Assembly: GCF_001194135.2 (NCBI RefSeq)
Contig: NC_068982.1
Span: 78,068,429 to 78,102,465, forward strand
Length of the DNA: 34,037 nucleotides
From: Octopus bimaculoides
Taxonomy: Eukaryota
Reading direction: 5' to 3'
The notes beneath the pieces were generated by a model that searched no databases, was not told the origin of the DNA, and was given only the letters and a program-made list of their open reading frames with translations. Both the position numbers and the translations under genes were made by a program. Positions 24,201-34,037 of this stretch are shown in pieces (positions within the stretch are counted from its first letter, which is position 1; every line of letters starts with the position of its first letter).

Positions 24201-24899
24201 GCTGCGTGCTGACAGGAACATTCAGAATATTTATGTCATACAGTACCTGTCTGAAGCAGGCGATCACGTGTACAGCAATTATAATAACAATAATAATAAC
24301 GATAATATTTCCAGTAAGCGTTTATCAGTTCATTCTTATAAATTCATCATATTCCGTTCGTCTCGACATTTCGGCAGCCATAATAGCTCCCGTTCCACTC
24401 TTCTTCAATTGTAAAGTGTTTTATATTCTCACTTCTGTACACATTCACTGACATTGCAGCGTCAAATGCTTTGGGGATACATTTCATATTTTTGTAATTC
24501 TGTAAGCTTCCTTAACAGGTAATATGAACAAAGGTTGCGTGTATGTATTTAGTTGTTCATGTGTGTGTGTGTGTGTGTGTATGTGTTTCTGTGTGTGCGT
24601 GTGCGTACGTGTGTGTGTAGGGTGTGCTTTATAAAAAGGTGATTTGAACAAAAAATGCGTGCATATATTTGTGCGTATGTGTATATTTGTGAATGTGTGT
24701 ATTTGTGAGTGTGTGTGTGTGTGTGGGGGGGGGGTAGTATGCGCATGTGTGTATTATATACTTGTGTAACAGAGGTCATACGTCTATTGGTAAGGTTCCT
24801 CTACTTTAAACAACCTGCATAGTCATTCATCTTATTGAGAGCAATAGAGCAACATTAATAATGGAAGACTGGAGATATTTTTGTTATACATAGGTACAA

Positions 24900-24990
24900 C
24901 CATTTACATTCTGAGTTCAAATCCTAGAGTCGATGATTGCGTTTATCGTTTCTCTGTGGTCGGTAACTACGAAAATGTATTGGGTTTGAA
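24900..24990 (+). mobile_element. Degenerate type A SINE fragment
   Basis: TTACATTCTGAGTTCAAAT...GTCGA...GTGGTCGGTAA matches the B-box/core region. Confidence 0.5.
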
Positions 24991-25049
24991 ACTACCTCTA
25001 GATCCCCTTCCTTTATACATGCATATATATATAAGTATATATATATATA

Positions 25050-25297
25050 ATTTAGAGAAAAACCCCACAATTATTGAATTCATCCATGAAAATCCACAAT
25101 CACATATAGAAAAATTTAATTAGTAAATACACTTAAAAGACCTATCATAAAAATCCCAAAAGTACAAAGTAATAAATATTAAAATAGTAACATTGTAAAA
25201 TAGTAAGATATTGTGAAATTTAATTTAATTCTAATTTTGATAAATTAAATTGAATTTTTCCCTGTAAATTTGGATTTTTATCATTAATATTATTATC

Positions 25298-25300
<3 letters not shown>
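25050..25300 (-). repeat. AT-rich element bounded by (TA)n on both sides
   Basis: Right end is homologous to 22120-22225; (TA)n at 25021-25050 and 25300-25330. Confidence 0.5.
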
Positions 25301-25330
<30 letters not shown>

Positions 25331-25769
25331 NNNNNNNNNNNNNNNNNNNNNNNNNNNNNNNNNNNNNNNNNNNNATATATATAGGGATGATTTTATTAAA
25401 ATACCACCACGCGTGGTAAGCGAATTATTAGGCATACAGACAAATTAATAAAATATATACATACAATATTAGATATGTACATATATACACAAGAGTACTA
25501 CATGAGTAGCTATATCGCTAAAAAAATAGAAGTCAAAAATACTTGTGTACCATCGAATAGCTACAAATCTATTACAGACATGATAGGAAAAATATCTGTG
25601 AACAATAATAATGTCTTTACCTCTACTGGGTCAGAACAAGTATATGCTGATCAACCTGGTACCGGTTTCGAAATTTATATATATATATATATATATATAT
25701 TCAGTTGTTTGTAAAAAAACGAATTATAACTTGTATCTTTCTTGAAGTTCAGACGTTTCTCAGTAACCA

Positions 25770-25895
25770 GTGGCTGTGTAGTTAAAAAGATCGAATCGCA
25801 ACCATATGATTTCGGATTCAAACAGATTGTACAGAACTTCGGACATCTATGGCACCGGACCGACCAACAGCTTGTGAATGAATTTGGTAAGCGGA
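25770..25895 (+). mobile_element. Degenerate type B SINE
   Basis: GTGGCTGTGTAGTTAA...CAACCATATG...GGACCGACCAACAGCTTGTGAATGAATTTGGTAAGCGGAA collinear with 21128-21290. Confidence 0.7.
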
Positions 25896-27320
25896 ATCAA
25901 TGCGGATTCTTCTCAATAAACCAATCCGTAGAACAATACAAACACAAAATATAAGCCAGTGACTACATCTATAAAAAATACACAAAGCGCACGTAAAGTG
26001 TATTACATGGATTAAATATATACGAATTATAGGATAGATGAACTTAAAATAAAAGAAAAATCTTATAAACCAGAAACCAAATACATCACACGAGACCATA
26101 AACTAAGACTAATCATATACTACAAAAGTATTTTTTTAAAACCCAATAGTAATCAGAATTATGTAAACCAATGAACAAGCTACGAATTACTAGTGTGATT
26201 TATAAATTTGATTGTAAATGTAAAAGTTGTTAACTTCACGACTTCAATTGGTATTTTTGATAAACAAATACAGCATTCCCCGGCTGGCCCACTGTGCACT
26301 TATAATAAGGGGTTATCGTAATGTGCCACCCCACGCAGCAGGAAAGAAAACTAGATAGGTGGAGGACACAGATAGGTACTCTACAGAAGTCTCTACAATA
26401 ATGAACGATAAATAATAGCAGTAACATTTATAATGCAGAGCAATACTTAAAGAAACACAGACGAAGTTCGTGTGCTTGTACCTATGTAACACAGCAATAG
26501 ATCTCCCGTTTTGTGTATTATGTGATAGAGGGGATAGTGTTGTGTGTGAAGTCTTAGAATGGTACTGTAAGAATATCGAGCTGGTCCCTCTACATACGCA
26601 CATTTACATATATACATATGTACATACTTTCACACATGCATGCATACATTATTACATAACCTACTTATTACATTAATTTTATCTATCATACCATACGTTT
26701 CAGATAGTGGATTCTAAATTATAGTATTTAAGACACATTATGTACTCTTAGAAACACGTTTATATCGTATAATGGGTTTATATATAATAAACACAATTTG
26801 TACTCATGGAAACTCGTTTATTTATATACGCTTTCACGCAACTAACCTCCTATAAGGCTCAAATCACTTCATCGAACAACAGTTTGAGCTCCTATTTGGC
26901 ATTTCAAGTGACCATATCTGGCCTAAATATTGTACCTGTTTTATGTTCAAACCTGCTAGATTTGGCCCCTCAAACAAACTCTGCAATGTCATTCTAAAAA
27001 TAAACAATCACATTCATCGAAATTTTGAAGCTATAAATGTACGATTAATTCAAAACTATGTGAATAAATAAGCATTACATTTGCAGAGTAATCTGAATTC
27101 TAAAGGGCTAAGGACTAACTATAATATAAAAATAGGTGAAAAACCCTACAACGATAACAGGAGACTTATACACCGCATCAAATCATACGAGTAGAATGGT
27201 AATTACTATCTGTGTACCACACATAATACTTCATATCGGGCCAGCCTTGAACTTAAATTCTGTTATGATACTCTATATATATATGAAAGGTATCCTGGGT
27301 TATACTCCATCTATTCTCTT

Positions 27321-27532
27321 ATAATACTAATTTCAAATTTTGGCATAACCAGTAATTTTGAGGGAGGGGATAAGTCGATTACATTGACCCCAGTGTTCGA
27401 CTGAGGCTTATTTTATCGACTCCGAAAGGACGAAAGGTAAAGTCGACCTCGGCGGAATTTGAACCAAAAAACGGACGAAACGACGCTAAGCAGTTTGCCC
27501 GGCGGACTGACGATTCTGCCAGCTCGTTGCCC
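27321..27532 (-). mobile_element. Type A SINE
   Basis: Reverse complement reads GGCAACGAGCTGGCAGAATCG...GTTCAAATTCCGCCGAGGTCGACTTTACCTTTCGTCC...CTGGGGTCAATGTAATCGAC and the type I tail. Confidence 0.9.
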
Positions 27533-27784
27533 TCCGTTCTCTTCCAATATTCCATTCTTAGTGCTCAACTTGTGCTACTTTCAAGGCAAGAATGATTAAA
27601 ATTTCTTTCTCCGTCTCAAAACCGTTTAGCTCCTGTTCTGCCCTTTTCAAAAGCATTTCGAGAAGAATCCTGTCACAGTGCTCTTGTACTTTATCGCAAT
27701 GCATCTTATCTTTGCTTAAACTAGAATAATGGTTCTAGAAGCCTATATCATCAGGTGGTCTAATGTATAAATATATCTTCTATT

Positions 27785-27842
27785 TATGTATAAATACATA
27801 CATACATACATACATGCATACATACATACATACATACATATA

Positions 27843-27875
<33 letters not shown>

Positions 27876-27886
27876 ATATATATATA
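27785..27886. repeat. (CATA)n/(CATATA)n/(TA)n microsatellite running into a gap
   Basis: Read directly. Confidence 0.95.
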
Positions 27887-28836
27887 NNNNNNNNNNNNNN
27901 NNNNNNNNNNNNNNNNNNNNNNNNNNNNNNNNNNNNNNNNNNNNNNNNNNNNNNNNNNNNNNNNNNNNNNNNNNNNNNNNNNNNNNNNNNNNNNNNNNNN
28001 NNNNNNNNNNNNNNNNNNNNNNNNNNNNNNNNNNNNNNNNNNNNNNNNNNNNNNNNNNNNNNNNNNNNNNNNNNNNNNNNNNNNNNNNNNNNNNNNNNNN
28101 NNNNNNNNNNNNNNNNNNNNNNNNNNNNNNNNNNNNNNNNNNNNNNNNNNNNNNNNNNNNNNNNNNNNNNNNNNNNNNNNNNNNNNNNNNNNNNNNNNNN
28201 NNNNNNNNNNNNNNNNNNNNNNNNNNNNNNNNNNNNNNNNNNNNNNNNNNNNNNNNNNNNNNNNNNNNNNNNNNNNNNNNNNNNNNNNNNNNNNNNNNNN
28301 NNNNNNNNNNNNNNNNNNNNNNNNNNNNNNNNNNNNNNNNNNNNNNNNNNNNNNNNNNNNNNNNNNNNNNNNNNNNNNNNNNNNNNNNNNNNNNNNNNNN
28401 NNNNNNNNNNNNNNNNNNNNNNNNNNNNNNNNNNNNNNNNNNNNNNNNNNNNNNNNNNNNNNNNNNNNNNNNNNNNNNNNNNNNNNNNNNNNNNNNNNNN
28501 NNNNNNNNNNNNNNNNNNNNNNNNNNNNNNNNNNNNNNNNNNNNNNNNNNNNNNNNNNNNNNNNNNNNNNNNNNNNNNNNNNNNNNNNNNNNNNNNNNNN
28601 NNNNNNNNNNNNNNNNNNNNNNNNNNNNNNNNNNNNNNNNNNNNNNNNNNNNNNNNNNNNNNNNNNNNNNNNNNNNNNNNNNNNNNNNNNNNNNNNNNNN
28701 NNNNNNNNNNNNNNNNNNNNNNNNNNNNNNNNNNNNNNNNNNNNNNNNNNNNNNNNNNNNNNNNNNNNNNNNNNNNNATATATATGTGGTGTGTGTGTGT
28801 ATACCAACTGTATGATTCAATGTTTAGATATATATA

Positions 28837-29615
28837 TAGTGTGCGATTAGTAAATTGTCACCATTTTACTATTTTTAACCTCATGCATGCGCATTGCTTG
28901 TTTTTGATTTTGTCGACTACAAGTATAGTAGGGTCAGTTGGGCACCATCTGTGAGAAAAACAGCACCATAATGCAATTCACTCAGCCAGAAATTTGGAAA
29001 TAACATGCTTCACTGCTTGGTATTTGCGCCGAAAGCCACAGTACAAACATTTGAGAGTGTTTGGGTGTCAATCTGAGTCACCAAAACATGTACTGAGAGT
29101 GATAAAAATCAAACAACCTGTCAACATCATGGTGTTTGGAGTGATCACTAGTGATGACAACGTTGTGTCTCCAGTCATCTTCCCACACGGCTTCAGACTC
29201 AACACGGAAGTTTACATCAAGTGCCTGGAGGAAGTATTGCTGTCCTAGGTCAAGAGAGTGGCTGCTAGAAGACTTGCAACAGGACTCTGCACCATGTCAC
29301 ACAAGCAGGAGAACCTAATCAAGGCTGTCAGGCAATTTCTACGACCACATCGCCCCTAACATCTGGCCACCTAACTCCTCAGACTGCAACCCCCTTGATT
29401 ATTATGCATAAGGTGCAGTTGAGCAGGAGACCAACAAAACTCCTTGTAACACCAAAGATGAACTGAGGGCAAGGATTATGTCAGCATTCACCAACTTAAA
29501 CAAGGAGACCGTCCAAAAGAGTTGAAAGAGACTCCAAAGTCATCTGGAGGCCGTTGCTGAAGCTAATGGCGATTTCATCGAATAAATTTACTCTTTAGTA
29601 TTTCAAGATATTTTT
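28837..29615 (+). mobile_element. Tc1/mariner DD37D (maT) element, internally deleted, 3' TIR not seen
   Basis: Candidate 5' TIR remnant TAGTGTGCGATTAGTAAATTGTCACCATTTT after (TA)n; transposase relic downstream. Confidence 0.8.
28971..29585 (+). pseudogene. DD37D transposase pseudogene
   Basis: MQFTQPEIWK*HASLLGI...ECLGVNL joined to ...IMVFGVITSD...QQDSAPCH...WPPNSSDCNPLDYY...EANGDFIE*; 37 residues counted between the QD and LD aspartates; stops and frameshifts present. Confidence 0.9.
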
Positions 29616-29811
29616 TAGTGAAGACTGTGCTGTAGAAATGGCTCGAAACTAGGATTGGTCTGCTGGTCCCGGCGCTAGAAGGTGGTAGGGGTTCGCTCCC
29701 CTGCTCACAGTTTATCGGATGCAGCTCTGCATCGTTAACCAGCTTAGAGGAGAGGTCCCCTTGGGGTTAAAAAATCGCAGCAGAGTCCGTTCGAACGGAC
29801 ANNNNNNNNNN

Positions 29812-29852
<41 letters not shown>

Positions 29853-29876
29853 TTATTATTATTATTATTATTATCA
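29812..29876. repeat. (TA)n followed by (ATT)n
   Basis: Read directly. Confidence 0.95.
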
Positions 29877-31443
29877 TTTCTAAATCTCTCTAAAGGAAAC
29901 TACCGTAGCAGCACTGGGTATTAATATTTATCGTTATGCTAACATGGCAGTCCAGGAAAATAGGACGGATGCTGCAGTTGATTAGCTTCGAGAGGCCATC
30001 GTCTCTACCTAGCTATGTGAAACACAAATCTGTGTTCATTACAACCTTCGAACAGGGGAGGTCATCAGCTTCCCTTGCTGGTTCAACATCCACTGACTGG
30101 TTTCAGGGTATTTGCCTCAGGTGTCGCTGTTGATTGTCTGTTAGAAGGCTTATTTATTTATCGGAGACTATGGCAGCAGTATATACATATATACATACTT
30201 ACGTACATACATACATACATAAATGCACACATACATACATATATATGTATGTATATATATNNNNNNNNNNNNNNNNNNNNNNNNNNNNNNNNNNNNNNNN
30301 NNNNNNNNNNNNNNNNNNNNNNNNNNNNNNNNNNNNNNNNNNNNNNNNNNNNNNNNNNNNNNNNNNNNNNNNNNNNNNNNNNNNNNNNNNNNNNNNNNNN
30401 NNNNNNNNNNNNNNNNNNNNNNNNNNNNNNNNNNNNNNNNNNNNNNNNNNNNNNNNNNNNNNNNNNNNNNNNNNNNNNNNNNNNNNNNNNNNNNNNNNNN
30501 NNNNNNNNNNNNNNNNNNNNNNNNNNNNNNNNNNNNNNNNNNNNNNNNNNNNNNNNNNNNNNNNNNNNNNNNNNNNNNNNNNNNNNNNNNNNNNNNNNNN
30601 NNNNNNNNNNNNNNNNNNNNNNNNNNNNNNNNNNNNNNNNNNNNNNNNNNNNNNNNNNNNNNNNNNNNNNNNNNNNNNNNNNNNNNNNNNNNNNNNNNNN
30701 NNNNNNNNNNNNNNNNNNNNNNNNNNNNNNNNNNNNNNNNNNNNNNNNNNNNNNNNNNNNNNNNNNNNNNNNNNNNNNNNNNNNNNNNNNNNNNNNNNNN
30801 NNNNNNNNNNNNNNNNNNNNNNNNNNNNNNNNNNNNNNNNNNNNNNNNNNNNNNNNNNNNNNNNNNNNNNNNNNNNNNNNNNNNNNNNNNNNNNNNNNNN
30901 NNNNNNNNNNNNNNNNNNNNNNNNNNNNNNNNNNNNNNNNNNNNNNNNNNNNNNNNNNNNNNNNNNNNNNNNNNNNNNNNNNNNNNNNNNNNNNNNNNNN
31001 NNNNNNNNNNNNNNNNNNNNNNNNNNNNNNNNNNNNNNNNNNNNNNNNNNNNNNNNNNNNNNNNNNNNNNNNNNNNNNNNNNNNNNNNNNNNNNNNNNNN
31101 NNNNNNNNNNNNNNNNNNNNNNNNNNNNNNNNNNNNNNNNNNNNNNNNNNNNNNNNNNNNNNNNNNNNNNNNNNNNNNNNNNNNNNNNNNNNNNNNNNNN
31201 NNNNNNNNNNNNNNNNNNNNNNNNNNNNNNNNNNNNNNNNNNNNNNNNNNNNNNATAAGTAGATACATACATGCATACATACACGCACACTCACTCACTC
31301 AGACACACACACACACACATTAAAATTTTACAAGAAGTGGGGTGACAGTTACTCCGAACTCTCGGCTTGCTAGTCTTCGTCAGATTTTCACTGTAAAAAT
31401 TCCCTATCAAAAAAGACACTGAGTATTATATATGCTTGTATGC

Positions 31444-31582
31444 AAGGTGGTAATCTGGCAGATCTCGTTAGCACGCCGGGCAAAACGCTTAGCGGCACTT
31501 CGTCCGTCGTCATGTTCTGACTTCAATTTCCGCCGGATACGATAAAATCATTATTATCTGAGCACTGGGATCGATGTAATCG
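31444..31582 (+). mobile_element. Type A SINE, internally deleted
   Basis: AAGGTGGTAATCTGGCAGA...GTTAGCACGCCGGGCAAAACGCTTAGCGGC...CACTGGGATCGATGTAATCG. Confidence 0.85.
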
Positions 31583-31893
31583 TGCCAAACTTTGATACCA
31601 ATATATACGCGTGTGTGCAAGCGTGTGTGTGTGTGTGCACGCATATGCTCTCCCGCACGCACATTGTACGTGCACTCAATTTAGGATAATGTCTCTGAAC
31701 AATAAGTAATAATATTTTATTAATCGATCGTATAATGGACCACACACTAGTATAATATATATAGGGTGTATAATGTGAACTTTGAAATGATAACGTTTCA
31801 AAGATTTTGGTTTTACGTCACAATAATGACAAATATTGATTTAGACAGTGTAAAAGCATGGAGACAAGGAACTGATAGTGACTAAAGCATGAT

Positions 31894-31926
31894 TATCAAT
31901 ATCAATATCAATATCAATATCAATAT
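31894..31926. repeat. (TATCAA)5 hexamer repeat
   Basis: Read directly. Confidence 0.95.
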
Positions 31927-31934
31927 ATATATGT

Positions 31935-32165
31935 ATCTTTTATCTCTTACTTGTTTCAGTCATTTGACTGCTGCCATGCTGGAGCACCGCCATAAGGAAT
32001 TTTAGTTGAACTAATCGACCCCAGTACTTATTTTCTTTTTAAACCTCGTACCTATTCTATCAGTCCCTTTTACCGAACCGCTAAGTTATTGGGGCGTAAA
32101 CACAGCAACACCAGTTGTCTAGCGGTGGTGGTGGAACAAACACAGACACAAAGACACACACATAC
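31935..32165 (-). mobile_element. SINE 3' half with GCTCCAGCATGG...TGACTGAAACAAGTAAGAG tail
   Basis: Reverse complement reads ...CTTAGCGGTTCGG...GATAGAATAGGTAC...CTGGGGTCGAT...GCGGTGCTCCAGCATGGCAGCAGTCAAATGACTGAAACAAG; shares the core with type A SINEs. Confidence 0.85.
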
Positions 32166-32280
32166 GCACAAATATTCGTTAACACATCGAAATGCAATAA
32201 AATATTGCGTGTTGTTTGATCGTCAGATGTTGTAAATGTTCCTATTTTCTCTTTTCTCATTCATCTTTTATTTTTCTATA

Positions 32281-32428
32281 CGAGGGCGTGCTGAAAAGTT
32301 CTTGGCTTTAGGTAAAAAAAAATTCAGGAGGATCAGTTAAATTATGACCTGTAAAAGAACTGGGAAGGTAGGACTTCCAACCAGGCCTTTCGCTACCCTT
32401 AAAGCCGGGACGTTTCAGCACACCCTCG
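32281..32428. mobile_element. 148-bp mariner-type MITE
   Basis: TA|CGAGGGCGTGCTGAAAAGTTCTTGGCTTTA ... TAAAGCCGGGACGTTTCAGCACACCCTCG|TA; ~30-bp imperfect TIRs and TA TSD. Confidence 0.88.
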
Positions 32429-32714
32429 TATTTTTCCCGTTATTTTTTATCGTCATAAATAATTCTTATTGTTCCTTCATTTACCTCAAATACACTATTT
32501 CTCCATTACGTAATGTGGAATAATCTCTTTATATTACAATTCCTTCTTCTGCAACCAGTCAAAAACTATATTATTCTCCTGGTTCTTCTCTATTCATAAA
32601 TACGGGATTTCTTACAGCACGTTTCATCTTTTGTCTGAAGATCGGTGACGTGTAACTATGTGGCGTAATATAAAATTCGGCGTTAGAAAATATGTGTATG
32701 TGTTCTTATGTGCG

Positions 32715-32719
32715 TTTGC

Positions 32720-32792
<73 letters not shown>

Positions 32793-32910
32793 CGTGCGTG
32801 CGAGTGTGTGTGCGTGTGTGTGTGTGTGTCTGTGTGTGCTTTAACGCATGTATCTGTATGTGTTTGTGGGTATGTTTTTGTATGTATGTATGTATATATG
32901 TATGTATGTT
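32715..32910. repeat. (TG)n/(TATG)n microsatellite
   Basis: Read directly. Confidence 0.97.
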
Positions 32911-32916
32911 CATGGT

Positions 32917-33298
32917 GGCGCAATGGCCCAGTGGTTAGGGCAGCGGACTCGCGGTCATAGGATCGCGGTTTCGACTCCCAGTCCGGGCGTTGTGAGTGTT
33001 TATTGAGCGAAAACACCTAAAGCTTCACTAGGCTCCGGCAGGGGATGGTGGCGAACCCTGCTGTACTCTTTCACCACAACTTTCTCTCACTCTTTCTTCC
33101 TGTTTCTTTTGCACCTGTATTTCAAAGGGCCAGCCTTGTCACACCGTGCCACGCTGAATATCCCCGAGAACTACGTTAAAGGTACACGTATCTGTGGAGT
33201 GCTTAGCCACTCGCACGTTAATTTCACGAGCAGGCTGTTCTGTTGATCGGATCAACTGGAACCCTCGACGTCGTAAGCAACGGAGTGCCAACAACAAC
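32917..33298 (+). mobile_element. Full-length tRNA-derived SINE, type D, with (CAA)n tail
   Basis: A box TGGCCCAGTGGTTAGG, B box GGTTTCGACTCCC, ~300-nt body, ends GGAGTGCCAACAACAAC. Confidence 0.9.
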
Positions 33299-33929
33299 AT
33301 GTATGTTCGTATGTGTGTGCGTATGTGCATGTTTATGTGTGTGTTTGTGTTTGTGTGTATGTGTGTTTGAGTGCAATGTGTGCTTATGTGTATGTGTTTG
33401 AGGGTTTGAGTGTATGCATGTGCCTTTGTATGTGAATGTGCATGTGTGCGTCCTTGTGTGTATTCATCTGTGTGTTTCGTTTAATAAAATTAGTTAAGAT
33501 GAAACTGAATGTTGTAAATGGAAGAAAAGATAAGCTAAATATCGTTACCCACTCACCACCTCCCAAACACAATCCCCTTGCATATATACTTCGAATAACA
33601 CATAACTTAGAACCAACGCTAAGGATGTGCCAGCACACACGAGATTGAGACATGGCCGACCTCACGCACTTCTCATGAGGAATTCCGGAAGGAGCTTCGT
33701 GAGACCACTGCTGAGACACTTACGAAAAAACAAAGAAAAGCCGTTGGACAACTGATTATAGAAGTGACTCCATCAATTTCTAGGGATATCTGAAGAAGGA
33801 ATTTTATTCCGAAATATCATATCAAACTATGGATGATTAAATTACAACAGTTATGATAGTCCATTCTTTGTATTATAGAGCATTGTTGTCATTCAAAATA
33901 TTTTATTCTTTACATACAATACTCTCCTA

Positions 33930-33996
33930 TACATACATACACACACACACGCACACACATATATATATATACATATACATACACATATACATATAC

Positions 33997-34037
<41 letters not shown>
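33930..34037. repeat. (CATA)/(CA)/(TA)n microsatellite at the window end
   Basis: Read directly. Confidence 0.97.

Noticed and set aside
25475-25954. ORFs 25475-25714 and 25742-25954
   Set aside because: The first runs into (TA)n; the second overlaps a degenerate type B SINE.
27735-27760. Hammerhead-like CTGATGA..TAG-GCTT-CTA-GAAC on the minus strand
   Set aside because: Two extra nucleotides before stem II, GAAC instead of GAAA, and no stems I or III.
32917-32990. tRNA gene
   Set aside because: A and B boxes are present, but there is no convincing acceptor-stem closure or T-run terminator, and it continues into a SINE body shared with other copies.
33620-33792. ~57-codon open frame GCASTHEIETWPTSR...SRDI
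   Set aside because: No start codon, no pyrimidine-tract acceptor, no recognisable homology; length is within chance.

Overview
Repeat-dense, gene-poor eukaryotic DNA from a gapped draft assembly (11 N-runs, roughly 5 kb). The SINE families and the load of (TA)n, (CA)n, (TATG)n and (TAA)n microsatellites look like an octopus (coleoid cephalopod) genome; this is an inference from memory of those repeat families, not from a search. I found no intact, recognisable host gene. Nearly every ORF in the track is a microsatellite, an N-run or an antisense frame of a transposon. The supportable content is mobile DNA: about 15 tRNA-derived SINE copies or fragments with interchangeable modules; a 5'-truncated R4/Dong-like LINE with a restriction-like endonuclease, flanked by (TAA)n on both sides; Tx1-like and RTE-like LINE 3' ends; a Penelope-like GIY-YIG C-terminus absent from the ORF track; a nested hAT/Charlie derivative; a DD37D (maT) mariner relic; and a mariner MITE. 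The best leads are a Merlin-like MITE (34-bp TIRs, 8-bp TSD) carrying telomeric repeats, a ~100-bp foldback hairpin at 18661-18761, a SINE whose 3' tail matches the Tx1 LINE tail in the same window, and one possible 100-nt exon. I do not see convincing evidence of a new multi-gene system.
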